Source of the DNA: Orbicella franksi
Lineage: Eukaryota
DNA length: 64,000 bases
Direction of reading: 5' to 3'
Assembly (NCBI GenBank): GCA_964199315.1
Contig: OZ116703.1
Span: forward strand, 14,942,001-15,006,000
The notes under the pieces are model-generated. The model worked only from the letters and a program-made list of their open reading frames with translations. It had not been told where the DNA came from and did no database searches. The position numbers and the translations under genes are program-made. Below are positions 60,745 to 64,000 of the stretch, one piece after another (within the stretch, counting starts at the first letter, position 1; each line of letters starts with the position of its first letter).

Positions 60745-62869
60745 CTATAACTTATACAGTAAGGAGATAGATTTGGAATGACTTGTAAAGTTATGCGTAA
60801 GCTGTACTCGATATTAGCATAGCTTCAACAGGGAGAAATTAGAATATCTCCATTTATCAGCAGTATACAAGACAGCAGGAAACTAACAAAATTTCCTCTA
60901 CTGAACTAGGAATTACAAATCAAATATAATTCATAACTATACCGTTTCATGAAAATTGACTAGTGGAGGCTAAATTTGTTTCTTTACCGGTAAACAAATC
61001 GGAGAGAGGATAAGCCATGCGACACTTAAATCATCGCTTAAGAGAGATTCTCTAGTGCTCGCGGTTTTAGTAACGTTGATAACAGTCGGTTTCGTGTACC
61101 AAGCCTGATGGAGTACGTGGTAAATTCAAAATAAAGCTGCTCTTTATAATAGTTCACGTGTAGAACGCACGTGAACCAGTAAATTTTTGTTGCTCCCTGA
61201 TTTTCGTTTCTTCTAATGAGTCCTTCATCTTTGAACATTGTTTATCTTAAATCTTGTCTTTCAAGTCACGAGACTTTTATTTGCTTACTTTAGTAACCAT
61301 TGAGTAAGCCCTTCAAGAGCCTGAGGACAAGAAAAAATTACAACTATCCAACCCTGACCGTTCTTAACCGCAGAGTAACACACACAGTTGAACCTCGAAT
61401 GCTTTAGAATCCCAGGTTTCGAGACTATCTTGAAAACATATATAACGGTTTTTTAAATACCTATAGTTGTATAACTATGATTTATATGGACCTTGTCTTT
61501 TGTTTCATTAGCTACGAAAGTAGCATCCAGAGATAACAGTATTTGTTTCTCCAATAAACAGATTTATAAATAAAGATACATCTGCGACCATCATTGGGTA
61601 CTGAGTTTATCCAGTTTGTATTCAGTAGCATAATTGTAAAGAATCTTTACCCTTAATTTCAGTCATCAAAAAATTATCTGTAGGAATTTGATTACACAAC
61701 TTGCTGTATTCGTTGACTTAATTATTTCCGGGCAAAAAAACATCGAAGGGCCTGAAGATGTGGGACAAACCTTGTTTTCGTTCATCCGTTGGTCATGATG
61801 TTGTTGACAACAAGTTTACTGTTTCAAGTTTATTTTGTATTTCAGTAGGCTTTATATTACTGAGAGAAGTCACTGATCTCCAATGCTACTCTCGGAACCC
61901 TAAGAGTACAAGTAAAATTGACTTTTGGTCTGGTGGGGGCGGAGGAGGGTTGGTACTTCTTTCAAGCTGATCTTTTCAACTCGATGGTCCGATAAGAGAA
62001 ACATAATAGCGACAAACTGGATTGCTTTTCAGCTCTTCCCGTCAGAAAAAAAACTTTAAACGTTACCCCGAGTAGCCAAATAATAATTTGTAAACGGGAC
62101 AAACGGAAATCCCAGGGACACACCTACTAATTCTGCATGTGGGAGCCTGCGGTGATGACAACTCAAAATGAAAAATAATATTGTTGTTTACAACATTTGG
62201 GTGAGCCAGTGTTGGTTCTTCAAGCAATGCAAGGGATGTTAAAACTGGCACAAAAATAACGCTTCCACCTAAGAGAGTGAAAAGGAGCAATGTATCAAAG
62301 ATTACTGCGCGTACAGGCGCGAATACACGCGAACGGAATTGTCTCGTGCATGATTTGACTCGCTGTAATTCACGTGCCTTTCGTCCAGTGCCCGGTTGGG
62401 CATGGGCCAAAGACCAGCATTATTTTGATGCGCGTGTTAAGTGCGTGTATTCCGACTGAAGGTTTTTGGCAAAAGAGGCGTCAAAAAAAGTGAAATTGTA
62501 TTGATAGTAAGGTTCTTACCGACGTCTAGTTTTCTTCTCTGCACACACAGAGAAAAATTTCATCGAATGAAGTGGGAAAAGTATTATTTACCGCTAATTG
62601 TAGCCCGATAGACGCTGTGCGTTTGGTAGCCAATGCGTGACACTCTGTTCACGTGAAACTAAGGAAACACGAGAATTGTGCGATATCAATTGTCATTGAC
62701 CCTCACGAGTACAAGAAAATACCCTGAGGTGGCCGATAAACATATACGCCAACAGTATTTTTTGGTGAACATGTTCATACGCGGTCATCCAGATCACATC
62801 ATGTTCTCTGAAAAAGGCACGGTCGGTCTTCCTGTGAAAATACAGAAGAAGCTTTCCCCTGGAGTACAC

Positions 62870-64000
62870 ATGGCCATGAACACGATAATGTGTGTTCTAA
62901 CCAGCGTTTTCCGCGTAGATGCCCAGCGCTCTGGCTCAGCAACTAACAAGATTCCTGCTGTGTTTAGGTTGGATGAAGGAACTCTTTTGAAGATATTTGG
63001 TTTTCTTCCAGTAAAGGATTTGCTACGGGCATCTCAAGTGTGTACGTTGTGGTACAGGCTCTCGTACGACCGTCTGTTATGGGGAGCCGTCGATTTGAGG
63101 CGCTTTTCCAAATCTTTCGATGACCCTGAAAATTTCAACTCACATGCCGTTAAGCGGTTGGCAGGAAACATACAATGCCTTGACCTGAGTGGGTTTAACT
63201 TGTCAGAAGAAAATCTGGCAGCTCTTGCTACTCAGTGCAAGGGTTTGCGTGTGTTGAAACTGAAAAGTGTAACATTTTCAACAGATCCAAGGAAAAAATG
63301 CAAAGAAACTCGTGGCGGCCAAAGCACTGTTCTGTTTCCCAAGCATCTACACTATCTGGATATACGATTCTCCCATGGAAACCCTAAAGTGTACCGCGCT
63401 ATTGGGAAAGAGCTCGGCAACATCAAATGGCTTGGTCTTTGCGACGCGTTTTTCCGGAGTACTTTGGCGGCAGGCGAATTACAAACAGCTATAGACAGCT
63501 TGAAACATCTCCGAAAACTGGACCTCAGCCACTGTCTGTTACTTAAAGACAGCACTTTGGTTCACTTCGCGCGCTGTCGCCATCTGGAAGTACTGAGCGT
63601 GCGCAGATGTTCTTTCTTGACGGGCAGTTTTGTTGAAGTTTTTCTGGAGTCCTGCACCAAGCTCAAGACTCTCATTTTGGACGGGATTAGTTTGGATGAC
63701 GAAGCGCTGCGAAAAATCACCTGGAATTGCTCTTCACTGAAACATCTAGAGCTGGGATGGTGCTCTTTTATCACACCGAAAGGACTCAAATCAGCCTTGC
63801 CTCAGATAGCGAGAATCCAGACTTTAGAGTACCTGGGATTGTGCGCTATCGGAGAAGAAAAAGCACTGGACGATGAAATTCTGCTAAAGCTAGGAACTAG
63901 TCTAGCATGCTGGGGATGCAAAAAACTGAAATCGCTAAACGTGAGTCGTTCACAGTCCTTAACACAAGATGGAGTGATTGCGTTCAAGAAGTTAGGCACT
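62870..64000 (+). CDS. Intronless F-box/LRR protein (paralog 2), 3'-partial
   Basis: Open for 377 codons to the window end and absent from the ORF track. VFRLDEGTLLKIFGFLPVKDLLRASQVC...CLDLSGF...LKLKSVTFSTD...LDIRFSHG...LDLSHC...LELGWC is colinear with paralog 1. In-frame upstream ATGs at 62801 and 62771. Confidence 0.9.
   Translation, partial: MAMNTIMCVLTSVFRVDAQRSGSATNKIPAVFRLDEGTLLKIFGFLPVKDLLRASQVCTLWYRLSYDRLLWGAVDLRRFSKSFDDPENFNSHAVKRLAGNIQCLDLSGFNLSEENLAALATQCKGLRVLKLKSVTFSTDPRKKCKETRGGQSTVLFPKHLHYLDIRFSHGNPKVYRAIGKELGNIKWLGLCDAFFRSTLAAGELQTAIDSLKHLRKLDLSHCLLLKDSTLVHFARCRHLEVLSVRRCSFLTGSFVEVFLESCTKLKTLILDGISLDDEALRKITWNCSSLKHLELGWCSFITPKGLKSALPQIARIQTLEYLGLCAIGEEKALDDEILLKLGTSLACWGCKKLKSLNVSRSQSLTQDGVIAFKKLGT

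Noticed and set aside
62063-62410. 115-aa minus-strand ORF with a hydrophobic stretch
   Set aside because: Sits in the probable promoter of F-box copy 2, has no recognisable family, and has no supporting neighbouring exons.
1-64000. Antisense and overlapping ORFs within real genes; tRNA, rRNA, snoRNA or known cnidarian miRNA
   Set aside because: Overlapping ORFs are shadows of coding frames. No cloverleaf, rRNA, convincing C/D box pair or remembered miRNA sequence was seen; a covariance-model search was not possible.

Overview
Eukaryotic animal genomic DNA, most likely a stony coral or other anthozoan. That assignment is inferred from gene structure and from MITE families I recognise as typical of coral genomes. 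No prokaryotic features, CRISPR arrays, tRNA or rRNA were found. Gene order: 5' end of KATNIP/KIAA0556 (-, three small exons, runs off the left edge); ANKRD63-like gene 1 (+); decayed THAP-transposon remnant (-); a head-to-head pair made of a Myb/SANT (trihelix) gene (-, two exons) and an intact but apparently catalytically dead Harbinger/HARBI1-like transposase (+); two tandem fibrinogen-related (FReD) genes (copy 1 carries a premature TAA), with a hidden ankyrin pseudogene fragment between them; ANKRD63-like genes 2 (-) and 3 (+); COX6B (-) head-to-head with LENG8 (+, at least 14 exons including one U12-type intron); and two intronless F-box/LRR paralogs (the second runs off the right edge). 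Many MITEs, a LINE 3' fragment and a Penelope fragment fill the gaps. The best candidate for an undescribed system is the apparently domesticated Harbinger pair. The transposase has lost three of four conserved acidic motif residues yet keeps a clean ORF. Its partner has a duplicated C-terminal helical module, and the two start codons are only about 320 bp apart. All family assignments come from motif recognition by eye; no database search was run.
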